The notes: a model not told the origin generated them from the letters alone. Shown: positions 29,766 through 38,913, numbered from the stretch's first letter. The stretch: DNA of 64,000 nucleotides from Acidobacteriota bacterium (GCA_003223875.1 QHWY01000082.1:1369-65368), one strand, 5' to 3'. Made by a program: numbers and translations.

Positions 29766-30780
29766 AGGCTACTGGCACATTGTGTTACGCCAATTCCGCA
29801 GGAACCGTGTTGCGATAGCCGGTCTCGTGGTTGTGCTCTTGTTGTTCATAATCGCGGCGTTTGCTGATTTCATCGCCAGTGACAAACCGCTCGTCATGAA
29901 GTATCGAAATCAGGTTTACTTTCCCGTCCTGAAAGATTATGCCGCCTGGCTTGGCGTTGCACGATGGGAAACGCAATTTCAGAACGTCTCGTTCAAAGAC
30001 TTCGTCGCGAGCAACTTCGACAAACGCGATTGGGCGCAATTTCCACCGATTCGCTATTCTCCAAATGAGGTCAGTCTGACCAGCGTGCTCCGGCCGCCTT
30101 CTGCACAACATCTTTTGGGAACCGATGACGTCGGCCGCGATATCGCCAGCCGTGTTGTCCACGGCTCGCGAGTATCGTTGTCTGTCGGATTCGTGGCTGT
30201 TTCCATCTACGTATTGATCGGACTCTTCATTGGGGCACTCGCGGGATACTACGGCGGCATCGTGGATATGATTGCTTCCCGCATGATTGAGATCATGCTG
30301 ACGATCCCCACGTTTTTCTTGATCATCACGGTGGTTGCATTCCTGCCGCCAAGCATTCTCAACATTATGATCGTCATCGGAATTACGAATTGGCCGACTG
30401 TTGCGAGGCTCACGCGAGGTGAGTTTCTAAAGACGAAGTCGTTGGAGTATGTTGTCGCCGCCAAGGCGCTTGGAGCGAGCGATGTCCGGACAATTTTCCG
30501 TCATATTCTGCCCAACACTATAGCTCCGGTTTTTGTCGCGGCCACTTTTGGTGTGGCTTCCGCCATCTTGATCGAATCCACATTGAGCTTCTTGGGATTT
30601 GGTGTTCCGCCGTCGAAGGCAAGTTGGGGCTCCATCCTCTCGAATGCCCGCCAGCTTTTGCCCAGCGGCTGGTGGCTGACGGTGTTTCCGGGTTTGGCGA
30701 TATTTCTTACAGTTACCTCGTATAACATCGTCGGAGAAGGCCTGCGCGACGCCGCGGACCCTCGTTTAAAGGAAAGCTGA
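29737..30780 (+). CDS. ABC transporter permease (DppC/OppC-like)
   Basis: 347 aa. EAA-type loop VVAAKALGASDVRTIFRHILPN. Overlaps the upstream permease gene. Confidence 0.93.
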   Translation: MVMKRAQRPEGYWHIVLRQFRRNRVAIAGLVVVLLLFIIAAFADFIASDKPLVMKYRNQVYFPVLKDYAAWLGVARWETQFQNVSFKDFVASNFDKRDWAQFPPIRYSPNEVSLTSVLRPPSAQHLLGTDDVGRDIASRVVHGSRVSLSVGFVAVSIYVLIGLFIGALAGYYGGIVDMIASRMIEIMLTIPTFFLIITVVAFLPPSILNIMIVIGITNWPTVARLTRGEFLKTKSLEYVVAAKALGASDVRTIFRHILPNTIAPVFVAATFGVASAILIESTLSFLGFGVPPSKASWGSILSNARQLLPSGWWLTVFPGLAIFLTVTSYNIVGEGLRDAADPRLKES

Positions 30781-30847
30781 AAACACGTAATCCAACTTGT
30801 ACGGCGGCCCTCAATGAAGGGCGAACTTCTGTTTATAATGAAGACAA

Positions 30848-31462
30848 ATGCCGCGAATTAAGACTTTCTACGACGAGTTGGGCGTACCTCGTAACGCAAA
30901 TGCAGCGGCAATCAAGCACGCCTTCAAAGAGATCGCAAAAATCTATCATCCCGACAAGAATCCTCCCGAGAAGCAAGGCTGGGCGCACGAGCAGATGAGC
31001 CGGTTTAACTTCATCGTCGAGACGCTGCTTAATCCGGCCACACGCCGGGAATACGACGATCTTGTGAAGAAGTACGAAGAGATAGCGATATCCTCGCGCC
31101 CGGCGCGCCCGCGCCGCGAGCAGGCCGCCATTGAACGCGAATACGCGCAAGTGTCGGTAGAGATTATGAATCTAGCAGGGAAATATTCGAACTGCCGCCT
31201 GAAAATGATGATTGGTGCCATCGTGGGCGGTCTCGCCGCGGTGATGCATCTCACGGCTTACTTCGTCCCAGCCGACATTTTCCAGGATTTCAATATCACC
31301 TTCGCTTTTACCTATTTCTTCACACTGATCGGCGGAGTCATGCTGATCATTGGCATAGCCGATTATCTGGGGCGTGGTCAGTACCGGAAGCGCATCCACG
31401 AACTCGAACAACGGCGTTCTCAACTCCGCGCCCGCATGTACGAAGTCTTTGTAGCAGAGTGA
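30848..31462 (+). CDS. J-domain (DnaJ-like) membrane protein
   Basis: J-domain YDELGVPRNANAAAIKHAFKEIAKIYHPDKN with the HPD motif. Two predicted C-terminal TM helices. Confidence 0.8.
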   Translation: MPRIKTFYDELGVPRNANAAAIKHAFKEIAKIYHPDKNPPEKQGWAHEQMSRFNFIVETLLNPATRREYDDLVKKYEEIAISSRPARPRREQAAIEREYAQVSVEIMNLAGKYSNCRLKMMIGAIVGGLAAVMHLTAYFVPADIFQDFNITFAFTYFFTLIGGVMLIIGIADYLGRGQYRKRIHELEQRRSQLRARMYEVFVAE

Positions 31463-31469
31463 CGCTCAA

Positions 31470-31542
31470 CTGTAGCAGCGGTCTATGACCGCCGGCAATG
31501 TCTCAATTCATGATCGCCGGCGGTCACAGGCCGCCGCTACAG
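31470..31542. repeat. Family-B palindromic element (73 bp)
   Basis: CTGTAGCAGCGGTCTATGACCGCCGGC-N19-GCCGGCGGTCACAGGCCGCCGCTACAG. Lies 8 bp after the J-domain gene stop, in a convergent gap. Confidence 0.9.
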
Positions 31543-31619
31543 TACCCGAATCCGATAACTCGAGCCGCAGCGCCACACGTGAACGACGGCGTATAATAGG
31601 AGGCAACCGTGCGCAGCGT

Positions 31620-33095
31620 CTAAACCGGCTGAAGCTCGACTCTTGCTCCTGGAATGAACAGCTCGTGTAGTTGAGCCCCAACAAAAACATCGAAGTAAGC
31701 GCCGTCAAGTTTGCCGGCTTTGACATTCGCGGCGATGATATCGAGCGTCCGGCTTACCGGGAGTGCGAGTTTGTACGGTCTGTCGGTCGCGGTGAGCGCG
31801 TCGAAGATGTCGCAAATCGTCATCATCCGGGTTTGTGCGGGAATCTCTTCGGCTGTCAGATGGTTTGGATAACCGGAGCCGTCCAATTTTTCGTGGTGCC
31901 TGTAAGCAATGTCGGCAACTTGTTCGAGTCCGCGGCTCCACGGGATCATTTTGAGGATATCGAAAGTTTTGCTGACGTGGGCTTCAATCTCCATGCGTTC
32001 CATAACCGACAAATTACCTATAGTAATTGATAATCTGTCAGCTTCTTCCTCCGTGAGCGCTGTCACTACCTCTCCCGTATCGAACGGAACCCGAAGTGAG
32101 CGGAGGTCCTTGACCACCTCAGAGGACAACAATCTCGGAGCAGAAGGTTCATTAGCCTGGACCACCCGCTTCCATGCCGAATCAATTCGGGCAATCGCCG
32201 CTTCGTAGTTTCCACCCTCGACATGGCGGCGAAGCATCATCTGTGCTCGCATGAGCTTGAGCCGCATCGAGATGAGTGCGAGTTCATGAGGAAAGAGTTT
32301 CTTTTGTTTTCTAAGGATTTCTTCCTTCACGCCAATCTTGCCGATATCATGCAGCATCGCCGCGAATCGCAACTCACGCAATTGAGCGGGTGTGAAATAC
32401 GTTTGACGGAGTGGGCCTTGATCGGTCCGATTGACGGCTTCAGCTAGTCCAACCGTATAGTTCGAAACGCGCATGCTGTGACCGCAAGTCACCGGATCTC
32501 GGGCTTCAATCGCAGTTACGCACGCATTGACAAAGCCTTCAATGAGCCGTTCCTGTTCCTCCAGCAAGAGACTGTTTTCAATCGCAAGGGCAGCCTGACC
32601 CGCGATGATCGAAAAAAGCCGTTCATCCTTTTCGTCGAAATTCGGTAACGGGGAAACGGCGTGCGGGTCAAACGGTGTACCGTCGCAGGGAAGTTTATTC
32701 AGGAGCTGTACAACGCCGACCAGATCGCCACGTGGCGTGATCAACGGGCCGGAAAATATGTTTCGCGTTTCATAGTTCAGAATGTCGGCGACCTGCCGTG
32801 AGACCTCGCCGGAAATCTGGCTCAGCAGAACCGGCTTTTTGTAAGCGGCGGTTCGGCCCACAACGCTTGAATCGTCGATTCTGAATTCGAGAGAACGCAG
32901 ATGCTCCGGAACGCCGCGCAGATTGATACTGCGCGTGATCATGGTTTCGAATTTCAGAATCTGCTCACCGTCAGGATTCTTCCTGACGGTGTAGACAGAA
33001 CCTCCATCGCATCCCACCAGATCCACAAACGATTCCAGCGTAGTGTCTAATATTTTCTGTAAGTTACCCAGAACTTCCCCTGCCATCCTAGTCAC
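31620..33095 (-). CDS. GAF-domain HD-GYP phosphohydrolase (putative c-di-GMP phosphodiesterase)
   Basis: HD motif MLHDIGKIGV and HHEKLDGSGYP (HD-GYP signature). The N-terminal half looks like GAF sensory domains. Confidence 0.85.
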   Translation of the reverse strand: MTRMAGEVLGNLQKILDTTLESFVDLVGCDGGSVYTVRKNPDGEQILKFETMITRSINLRGVPEHLRSLEFRIDDSSVVGRTAAYKKPVLLSQISGEVSRQVADILNYETRNIFSGPLITPRGDLVGVVQLLNKLPCDGTPFDPHAVSPLPNFDEKDERLFSIIAGQAALAIENSLLLEEQERLIEGFVNACVTAIEARDPVTCGHSMRVSNYTVGLAEAVNRTDQGPLRQTYFTPAQLRELRFAAMLHDIGKIGVKEEILRKQKKLFPHELALISMRLKLMRAQMMLRRHVEGGNYEAAIARIDSAWKRVVQANEPSAPRLLSSEVVKDLRSLRVPFDTGEVVTALTEEEADRLSITIGNLSVMERMEIEAHVSKTFDILKMIPWSRGLEQVADIAYRHHEKLDGSGYPNHLTAEEIPAQTRMMTICDIFDALTATDRPYKLALPVSRTLDIIAANVKAGKLDGAYFDVFVGAQLHELFIPGARVELQPV

Positions 33096-33132
33096 TTATC
33101 GGCAGGTTCGCCGCGATGGATAAGCGGAAATT

Positions 33133-33981
33133 TTACGAATTTCGCGAGCGGCTTTGGCGCAGATAGTGCGGGCTGTACTCCAGCCCGTAAGGCGTCATGA
33201 TCTTGGCTGCGGCTTTCTGATGAAAGAACTCCTGCCGCGACGTCTGGATTGCCGCCAATTCCTCCTTCGTACAGTCCGCGACAGTGACCTCTTCACGAGG
33301 AACAAAGAACACCTGGCCGATCGGCATGTTGTGCGCGCCGTGTATTCCTTCTCCGGGCTGGAGTACATATCGGAACTCGGTCTCGTGTGGGTACCAATCC
33401 GTCTCGACTCGCACAACCAGCATCGGGGCAATAGGCCGCTCGATCATATTGAAAATAGGTGTATACACAGTATCCCAGCCGGCCGGTGTCTTAAAGTTCG
33501 TTGCGCCACGCAATGAGATTGCGCCGGGAGGCGTGCCCAAGTCCTCGGGCACAATGAATGCTCGCAGAATGCCGAGAGCGGTATCTCGAGAAATCGCTTG
33601 CTTATCGCTGACGAAGGAAACCTCTTCTTTCATCATTCCAATACTGCCTATTGGAAGTACGATCGAAACGGTGAAAATCGGCTCCCATTTCTCTCCGCCG
33701 GTATTTAAAAAATAGATGAGCTGATAGCGTCCCTCTCCCTGATATTCGATATGAAAAGATTCGTGAGGCTCGAGTGGTGGATAAACCAGGAAGCCCAGAG
33801 CGCTGCCGGCCTCCAACACCGGACAATGCCGCGCATGCTGCGGTAAGAGCGGACGTTGACCTTCACGGCGCGGTTTCAAGCCCAAACCGGGACGGCTTGA
33901 ATTCGGGTAAAGACGCACTTCCATGGCGCGTATATTACCCCAGAGGTGATCAAATGCGCGGGATTTCCACGGATGCGTCAA
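33133..33981 (-). CDS. Hypothetical protein (no family recognised)
   Basis: 282-aa ORF with a non-ATG start in the track; Met20 (MEVRLYPNS) is an alternative start. Lies 38 bp upstream of the HD-GYP gene on the same strand. Confidence 0.6.
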   Translation of the reverse strand: MTHPWKSRAFDHLWGNIRAMEVRLYPNSSRPGLGLKPRREGQRPLLPQHARHCPVLEAGSALGFLVYPPLEPHESFHIEYQGEGRYQLIYFLNTGGEKWEPIFTVSIVLPIGSIGMMKEEVSFVSDKQAISRDTALGILRAFIVPEDLGTPPGAISLRGATNFKTPAGWDTVYTPIFNMIERPIAPMLVVRVETDWYPHETEFRYVLQPGEGIHGAHNMPIGQVFFVPREEVTVADCTKEELAAIQTSRQEFFHQKAAAKIMTPYGLEYSPHYLRQSRSRNS

Positions 33982-34002
33982 AGCCGTCGGTCAACAGAAA
34001 TG

Positions 34003-34060
34003 GCCACAAAAAGGCACAAACGACTCAAAAACTTTTTGTGAATTTTGTGCCTTTTGTGGC
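34003..34060. repeat. Family-C palindromic element, copy 2 (58 bp)
   Basis: GCCACAAAAAGGCACAAA-N22-TTTTGTGCCTTTTGTGGC, intergenic. Confidence 0.9.
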
Positions 34061-34213
34061 TATTCTCTTGTCGTGCATTCGAGATTTGACGGGTAGTGCC
34101 AAAAGTTCTATGAAAACAAGGTGAAGGGTCTTTGTGCCCCATGAATGGCTTGGCGCATGCCATGGATGGCAGACTGCGGTCAAGCTGGTTACAGCCTTGG
34201 CAGGAGGTGTGAA

Positions 34214-35971
34214 ATGAAAAGGAAGATCCGTTGGACTTTTATATTTGCAGCGTTCCTGGTTCTGCTGGCGACCAATTCAGCGCTATATCCCAAACTGTCC
34301 GACGATCTGTCCGCGCCTCCCACCGATGGATGGCTGAAGAGCGGAGGGAATCTTTTCAACCAGAACTACTCGCCCCTGACGCAGATCAATCGCCAGAACG
34401 TTGCGGGTCTGAAAGCTGTGTGGCGGGCTCGCCTCGATGGTTCCGGTATAGCCACGAAGTACTCGGGCGAAGCGCAGCCCGTTGTTCACGACGGCGTCGT
34501 TTATATCGTCACTGGCGCCAATGACGTTTTTGCGATCAGCGTGAAGACGGGAAAGACGCTCTGGAAATATGAAGCCAAACTCGATGAAACCATCTCGACG
34601 GTCTGCTGCGGCTGGACCAGCCGCGGCCTGGGATTAGGTGAGGGAAAGATTTACGTCGGACAACTCGACGGCCGCCTGGTGGCGCTGGATGAGAAATCGG
34701 GAAAACCAGCGTGGTCCATTCAAGCCGAACGCTGGCAGGAAGGCTTCACGATTACAGCCGCACCGCTTTATTACGACGGAATGGTCATCGTCGGTTTCGC
34801 CGGTGGTGAAAACGGCATACGCGGGCGCGTCAAAGCTTACGACGCGAAAGACGGCCACGTGATGTGGACCTTCTATACGATTCCTGGTCCGGGCGAGATC
34901 GGCCATGAAACTTGGCCCCACGACAACGATGCCTGGAAGCACGGCGGCGCGACAATATGGCAAACACCGGCTGTGGATCCGGAATTGGGCCTGATCTATT
35001 TCACGACCGGCAATCCGGGGCCGGATTTCAACGGCCGGGTTCGCAGAGGCGATAATCTTTTCTCCGTTTCCATGCTGGCGATCGAAGCAAAGACGGGGAA
35101 GTACCGCTGGCATTTTCAACAGGTCCATCACGATATTTGGGATTACGACTCGCCCAATCCCGTCATCCTTTTTGATGTGAGGATTAACGGCCGCATCCGA
35201 AAGGCTGCCGCCGAGGCAAGTAAGACCGGCTGGGTTTACATCCTAGACCGCGTCACGGGAAAACCGCTAATCGGCATCGACGAGAAACCGGTACCGCAAG
35301 AACCGCGGCAGCTCACGTCGCCAATGCAGCCGTTTCCACGCGGAGACGCATTCGTGCCTCACCAGATCGATGTTGCCGTCGAGGATTTTCCACTCGTGAA
35401 TCAGGGCCGCATCTTTACACCGTTCTGGGCGGACGGTGTCATCGCAAAGCCATCCCCTCGAGGAGGCGCGAATTGGCCACCGAGTTCCTATGATCCGGCA
35501 ACGAACTATTTTTATGTGTGCGGCACGGATATGGTGAACTTGTTCAAGGGCGGAGAAGAGAATCAGGTTATTCCCGCCGAAGGACATGGAGGACGCTATT
35601 TAGGCGGCGCCTTTGGCGGCGCACCGATTCCGGGGACGGGAATCTTCGCTGCTTTGGATATGAAGACGAATCGGCTTGTGTGGCAACAAAGGTGGAAGGA
35701 CAACTGTTATAGCGGATCTGTGACCACCGCTGGCGGACTCGTTTTCGTCGGGAGAAATGATGGCCGGCTCACAGCACTCGACTCATCCAACGGCAAACGT
35801 CTCTGGGAATTCCAAACCGGGGCGGGTGTGAATGCCCCGGCGAGTCTGTTCCAGTATGAAGGCGAGCAATACGTTGTGGCGTATTCGGCTGGAAACCTTT
35901 TCGCCGGCTCTCCGCGCGGAGATAGCGTCTGGTTGTTTTCTTTGAAAGGAACGTTAGACCAAGTCCGGTAA
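34214..35971 (+). CDS. PQQ-dependent dehydrogenase, methanol/ethanol (quinoprotein ADH) family
   Basis: ATG at 34214 is preceded by AGGAGG. Signal peptide MKRKIRWTFIFAAFLVLLATNSA. Vicinal-Cys motif TVCCGW; propeller W-motifs; HHDIWDYDSPNPVILFD around the catalytic Asp. Confidence 0.9.
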   Translation: MKRKIRWTFIFAAFLVLLATNSALYPKLSDDLSAPPTDGWLKSGGNLFNQNYSPLTQINRQNVAGLKAVWRARLDGSGIATKYSGEAQPVVHDGVVYIVTGANDVFAISVKTGKTLWKYEAKLDETISTVCCGWTSRGLGLGEGKIYVGQLDGRLVALDEKSGKPAWSIQAERWQEGFTITAAPLYYDGMVIVGFAGGENGIRGRVKAYDAKDGHVMWTFYTIPGPGEIGHETWPHDNDAWKHGGATIWQTPAVDPELGLIYFTTGNPGPDFNGRVRRGDNLFSVSMLAIEAKTGKYRWHFQQVHHDIWDYDSPNPVILFDVRINGRIRKAAAEASKTGWVYILDRVTGKPLIGIDEKPVPQEPRQLTSPMQPFPRGDAFVPHQIDVAVEDFPLVNQGRIFTPFWADGVIAKPSPRGGANWPPSSYDPATNYFYVCGTDMVNLFKGGEENQVIPAEGHGGRYLGGAFGGAPIPGTGIFAALDMKTNRLVWQQRWKDNCYSGSVTTAGGLVFVGRNDGRLTALDSSNGKRLWEFQTGAGVNAPASLFQYEGEQYVVAYSAGNLFAGSPRGDSVWLFSLKGTLDQVR

Positions 35972-35977
35972 GCTCCC

Positions 35978-36189
35978 ATTCCCCTCCTCGCAGAGGAGGG
36001 GCGGCGCGACAGCTTAAAAGAAGCTAGCGCGCCGGGCGCGAAGCGCGAGCCCGATAGGGCGAAGCCTCAATCAGTGGTCAGTTCGGCCGAAACCTTTCGC
36101 CGGTCTGACCACCCCGTCCGCTCCCCATTAAAGGAGGCTTCGCGATATTGTTGAGGTCGCGTCCACCCCTCCTCTGCGAGGAGGGGAAT
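35978..36189. repeat. Family-A palindromic element, copy 6 (212 bp)
   Basis: Full termini. Contains the ACAGCTTAAAAGAAGCT hairpin module also seen in copy 1. Fills the convergent gap between the PQQ-dehydrogenase and cytochrome genes. Confidence 0.9.
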
Positions 36190-36200
36190 GGTCGCCGAAA

Positions 36201-37397
36201 CTACCGCGTTTTGGGCGGCAGCGCGGGCGCGGGCCTGGCGAACTTCGCCGCATCGATGGGGACATTCGCCTGCACTTCCACTAGCTGTGTGGTCGATTGG
36301 CCGTCCGTCCACGTTGCTGTCCAACGGAATGGAACTTTGACTCCAGAGACTTCGCGATAGTCCGCATAATCGATTTGGGTGGGAACGCGTCCGATTGCCG
36401 TGTCGGCCAATCGCACGAGCCGCACCAGGAGTCCGGATTCGTCGAAATAGAAGTTCACCGGAGGCTGCCTCGGAATCGTACCCTGGAGAACTCGGACCTC
36501 CCGATCATCAATAGAGGTCGAAGTGACCCTCCATTGGCCGAATGCCTGTTTGATCTGTGCGGGGAATGAGACCATTGCCTCGATCTTCGCACCCTCCAGA
36601 TTTCCTCCCGTCAGCGGCATCAACGGGAGTGGCTTATCCGGAGATGCGATCCAAGCAGAACGGCCGTCATAAACGCGGACACTATCTCCGAATGCGGCGT
36701 GAACAATCGTTGTGCGCTGGGCCGGCGCTTTGGCGAAAATTTCGATCGTGGCTTTCGCCTGATCGGTGTCGTATCCCGAATAAGTTCCCTTGGCGGTAAA
36801 ACTCGTGAAATTCGCGAGCCGTTGGGCGCCGCCGAGCGCCTGGATGTATTTGTCGAAGACTTGATCGGGGGTAGGGCCTCCGGTTTTGGGAAAAATATCG
36901 ATTTCGTTAGGGTCTTCCACGGGCGCGGAGTATTGCACAACCAAACTGGGTACCGGTTTGGGGCGCCTGTCCCCGTGGTGACATGTATAGCAAGTGACCG
37001 ACCGCACCCCTTTGAAGTTTTGTTTATTGATGGCGTCCACCATCAGCAGCATTCTTCGGGCAGTTTGCTTGAGTGGGGTTTCCTTGGCGAAATTCTCCCA
37101 ACTGTCCGTGCTGTCGGAAGTATGGCAATCGACGCAGTTCATGCCGGTGGCCGCGGCGAACATTCCCATCGTGTCCATGAACTCGTCGACGGGGATCCCT
37201 CTGATGATTTGGACGTTCTTAAACGCTTCCTCCGCAAGCTGCGGTCGTTCGGTTTGTCTTGTCTGGCCGTTCGCCATGGCGACAGCAAGAAGGCATACAC
37301 CGAGGCTCGCGATAGCGCCGAGAATGGTTCGCTTCAATCCAGACCTCGTGTTGTCGGACCGGTCAACGGGTACTGTTGACGAAGCGGCCCTCCGCAT
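36201..37397 (-). CDS. c-type cytochrome with two haem-binding sites and a LolA-like C-terminal domain
   Basis: CxxCH motifs CVDCH and CYTCH. Signal-like ILGAIASLGVCLLAVAMANG. Start is uncertain: Met at 37397 chosen because the track ORF (to 37490) overlaps the upstream gene by 128 bp. Confidence 0.8.
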   Translation of the reverse strand: MRRAASSTVPVDRSDNTRSGLKRTILGAIASLGVCLLAVAMANGQTRQTERPQLAEEAFKNVQIIRGIPVDEFMDTMGMFAAATGMNCVDCHTSDSTDSWENFAKETPLKQTARRMLLMVDAINKQNFKGVRSVTCYTCHHGDRRPKPVPSLVVQYSAPVEDPNEIDIFPKTGGPTPDQVFDKYIQALGGAQRLANFTSFTAKGTYSGYDTDQAKATIEIFAKAPAQRTTIVHAAFGDSVRVYDGRSAWIASPDKPLPLMPLTGGNLEGAKIEAMVSFPAQIKQAFGQWRVTSTSIDDREVRVLQGTIPRQPPVNFYFDESGLLVRLVRLADTAIGRVPTQIDYADYREVSGVKVPFRWTATWTDGQSTTQLVEVQANVPIDAAKFARPAPALPPKTR

Positions 37398-37779
37398 TCG
37401 GGTCGCCAACGATGGCCTTGCCGTCCTTTGTAATCGAGTCGACAAGAGTGAAGGGAGCACTCTCCAAACCGGCCTTGCCCTTAATGACAATTTCGTCCCC
37501 GGATTTGAGAGTGGTTCTGCTCATACCTGCAGCCAGCATCGTTGCGGGGGAAGATAATTCCGCCAGCCAATGAACCACATTTCCTTTGTCGTCTTTTACA
37601 TCAAACGCAATAAACACGTGAGGGTTTTTCCACTGCACCTCCGTAACAGTCCCTTTCACAGTGCTTATCTCGTTGCTATAACCTGCGCGGCCGTGGTGCG
37701 CCAAAGCGACGCTCCCGAGCAGAGCGAATGCAAGCACAAGAGCAAGTAATGAACCTGTCGATCTTCGCCAAATTTTCAT
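37363..37779 (-). CDS. Secreted DUF6152-like protein
   Basis: 138 aa with a signal peptide. The mature N-terminus AHHGRAGY...GTVTEVQWKNPHVFI fits my recollection of the DUF6152 pattern (HH...W.NPH). Confidence 0.6.
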   Translation of the reverse strand: MKIWRRSTGSLLALVLAFALLGSVALAHHGRAGYSNEISTVKGTVTEVQWKNPHVFIAFDVKDDKGNVVHWLAELSSPATMLAAGMSRTTLKSGDEIVIKGKAGLESAPFTLVDSITKDGKAIVGDPNAEGRFVNSTR

Positions 37780-37822
37780 CGGAGTACCTCCAGTCTATTA
37801 AATCCGAAAAACGAATCTTAGC

Positions 37823-38734
37823 CTACTTCTTCTTTGAACCGGAAATTGTCGAATAATCGTCGTTAAAGCTCGAGTAATCGGACGGCACGCAGAACTCTTC
37901 ACCGATCTCAGCACCGGGAACCAGCTTCGTGACGGCCTTTTGGGTAGCCCATGGTTGCTTATAGGTCTTCGGATCGATAACCGTCACTTCCGACTCGAGC
38001 GTTGAATAGTCCACACGGCGATAGCGTTCGACGACGCGCATGTCGGGGCTGTGCGTCCAGCCTCCATCGGCAGGGCGGCTTGCGTCGAGCCACGATCTCT
38101 CATCATAGCCATTGGACTCGACTACGAAAATGTTGCCCTCCCAATGGCCGACATTCCAGCCTAACCAGCGTGGTTCGGGCGGGTCCTCGGGCAATTTCCT
38201 GCCGTCGGTCCAAATTGTGCGGAACGTGTGGGTCATTTCAAAGAACTGGATCACTCGATCCGGCAGGGTGATGAATTCAAATCCATAGTTGTATGTATAC
38301 AATCGTGGCCAACCCATCGGATCGCAATTGATCTTGCTGCCTGGGCCGCGGCCGGACGTGTCTTTCGAGTAGGTCGGCGATCCATCAGGGGTTTTTTCGC
38401 CAAAGGTGGCCTCATGCTGCTGCTTTCCGAGAGGCGTAAATTCAGGAGGCTTGGAGAACGCACGGCCGATGCCGTCGTATCCCCACACTCCCGTCAGATC
38501 ATGCGGGTCGAACGCGTGACCTGGCACCTTGTATTTGATCGTGTCCTGCCTTCGATCCTCATTATTCTGACATCGCGGACACGGCTTCCAGCCTGGCGGA
38601 AAGGGTATCGAAGCCTGACCTGACGCAGCCTGGGCGTTTGGTCCATTCTGGCCTTGCCCGCGCTGAGCAAACGCGTAACTTGACAAAGCCAAGACCGCCA
38701 CCAAAGCAATGATGAAAATTATTCGATTCTTCAT
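37823..38734 (-). CDS. Secreted hypothetical protein
   Basis: 303 aa with signal peptide IIALVAVLALSSYAFA. No family name recalled. Same strand as, and upstream of, the DUF6152-like and cytochrome c genes. Confidence 0.6.
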   Translation of the reverse strand: MKNRIIFIIALVAVLALSSYAFAQRGQGQNGPNAQAASGQASIPFPPGWKPCPRCQNNEDRRQDTIKYKVPGHAFDPHDLTGVWGYDGIGRAFSKPPEFTPLGKQQHEATFGEKTPDGSPTYSKDTSGRGPGSKINCDPMGWPRLYTYNYGFEFITLPDRVIQFFEMTHTFRTIWTDGRKLPEDPPEPRWLGWNVGHWEGNIFVVESNGYDERSWLDASRPADGGWTHSPDMRVVERYRRVDYSTLESEVTVIDPKTYKQPWATQKAVTKLVPGAEIGEEFCVPSDYSSFNDDYSTISGSKKK

Positions 38735-38913
38735 GTCGTGTCCGCCTTAATGATCAATTTTCGGCCAGGAGCAGGAATCTGACGCCGGATATCTACCGGA
38801 GCTGCATTTTTGCCAGCCCCTGCAGGGTTCCTGACCAGCGTGTTGAAACTTCCTTCTTCCGAAGGCACGCAATACACTTCCTCGAGCACAGTGACATTCT
38901 TCGGCAGTTGCAA
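38731..38913 (-). pseudogene. Possible 5'-truncated paralogue fragment of the 37823..38734 gene
   Basis: The 60-aa ORF contains LPKNVTVLEEVYCVPSEEGSFNTLV, which resembles the C-terminal VTKLVPGAEIGEEFCVPSDYSSFNDDY of the neighbouring gene. Its stop overlaps that gene's ATG. Confidence 0.3.

Noticed and set aside
37398-37490. The first 31 codons of the cytochrome c track ORF
   Set aside because: They overlap the 3' end of the DUF6152-like gene by 128 bp and are Arg-rich. The Met at 37397, or a later start, precedes the signal-like hydrophobic segment.
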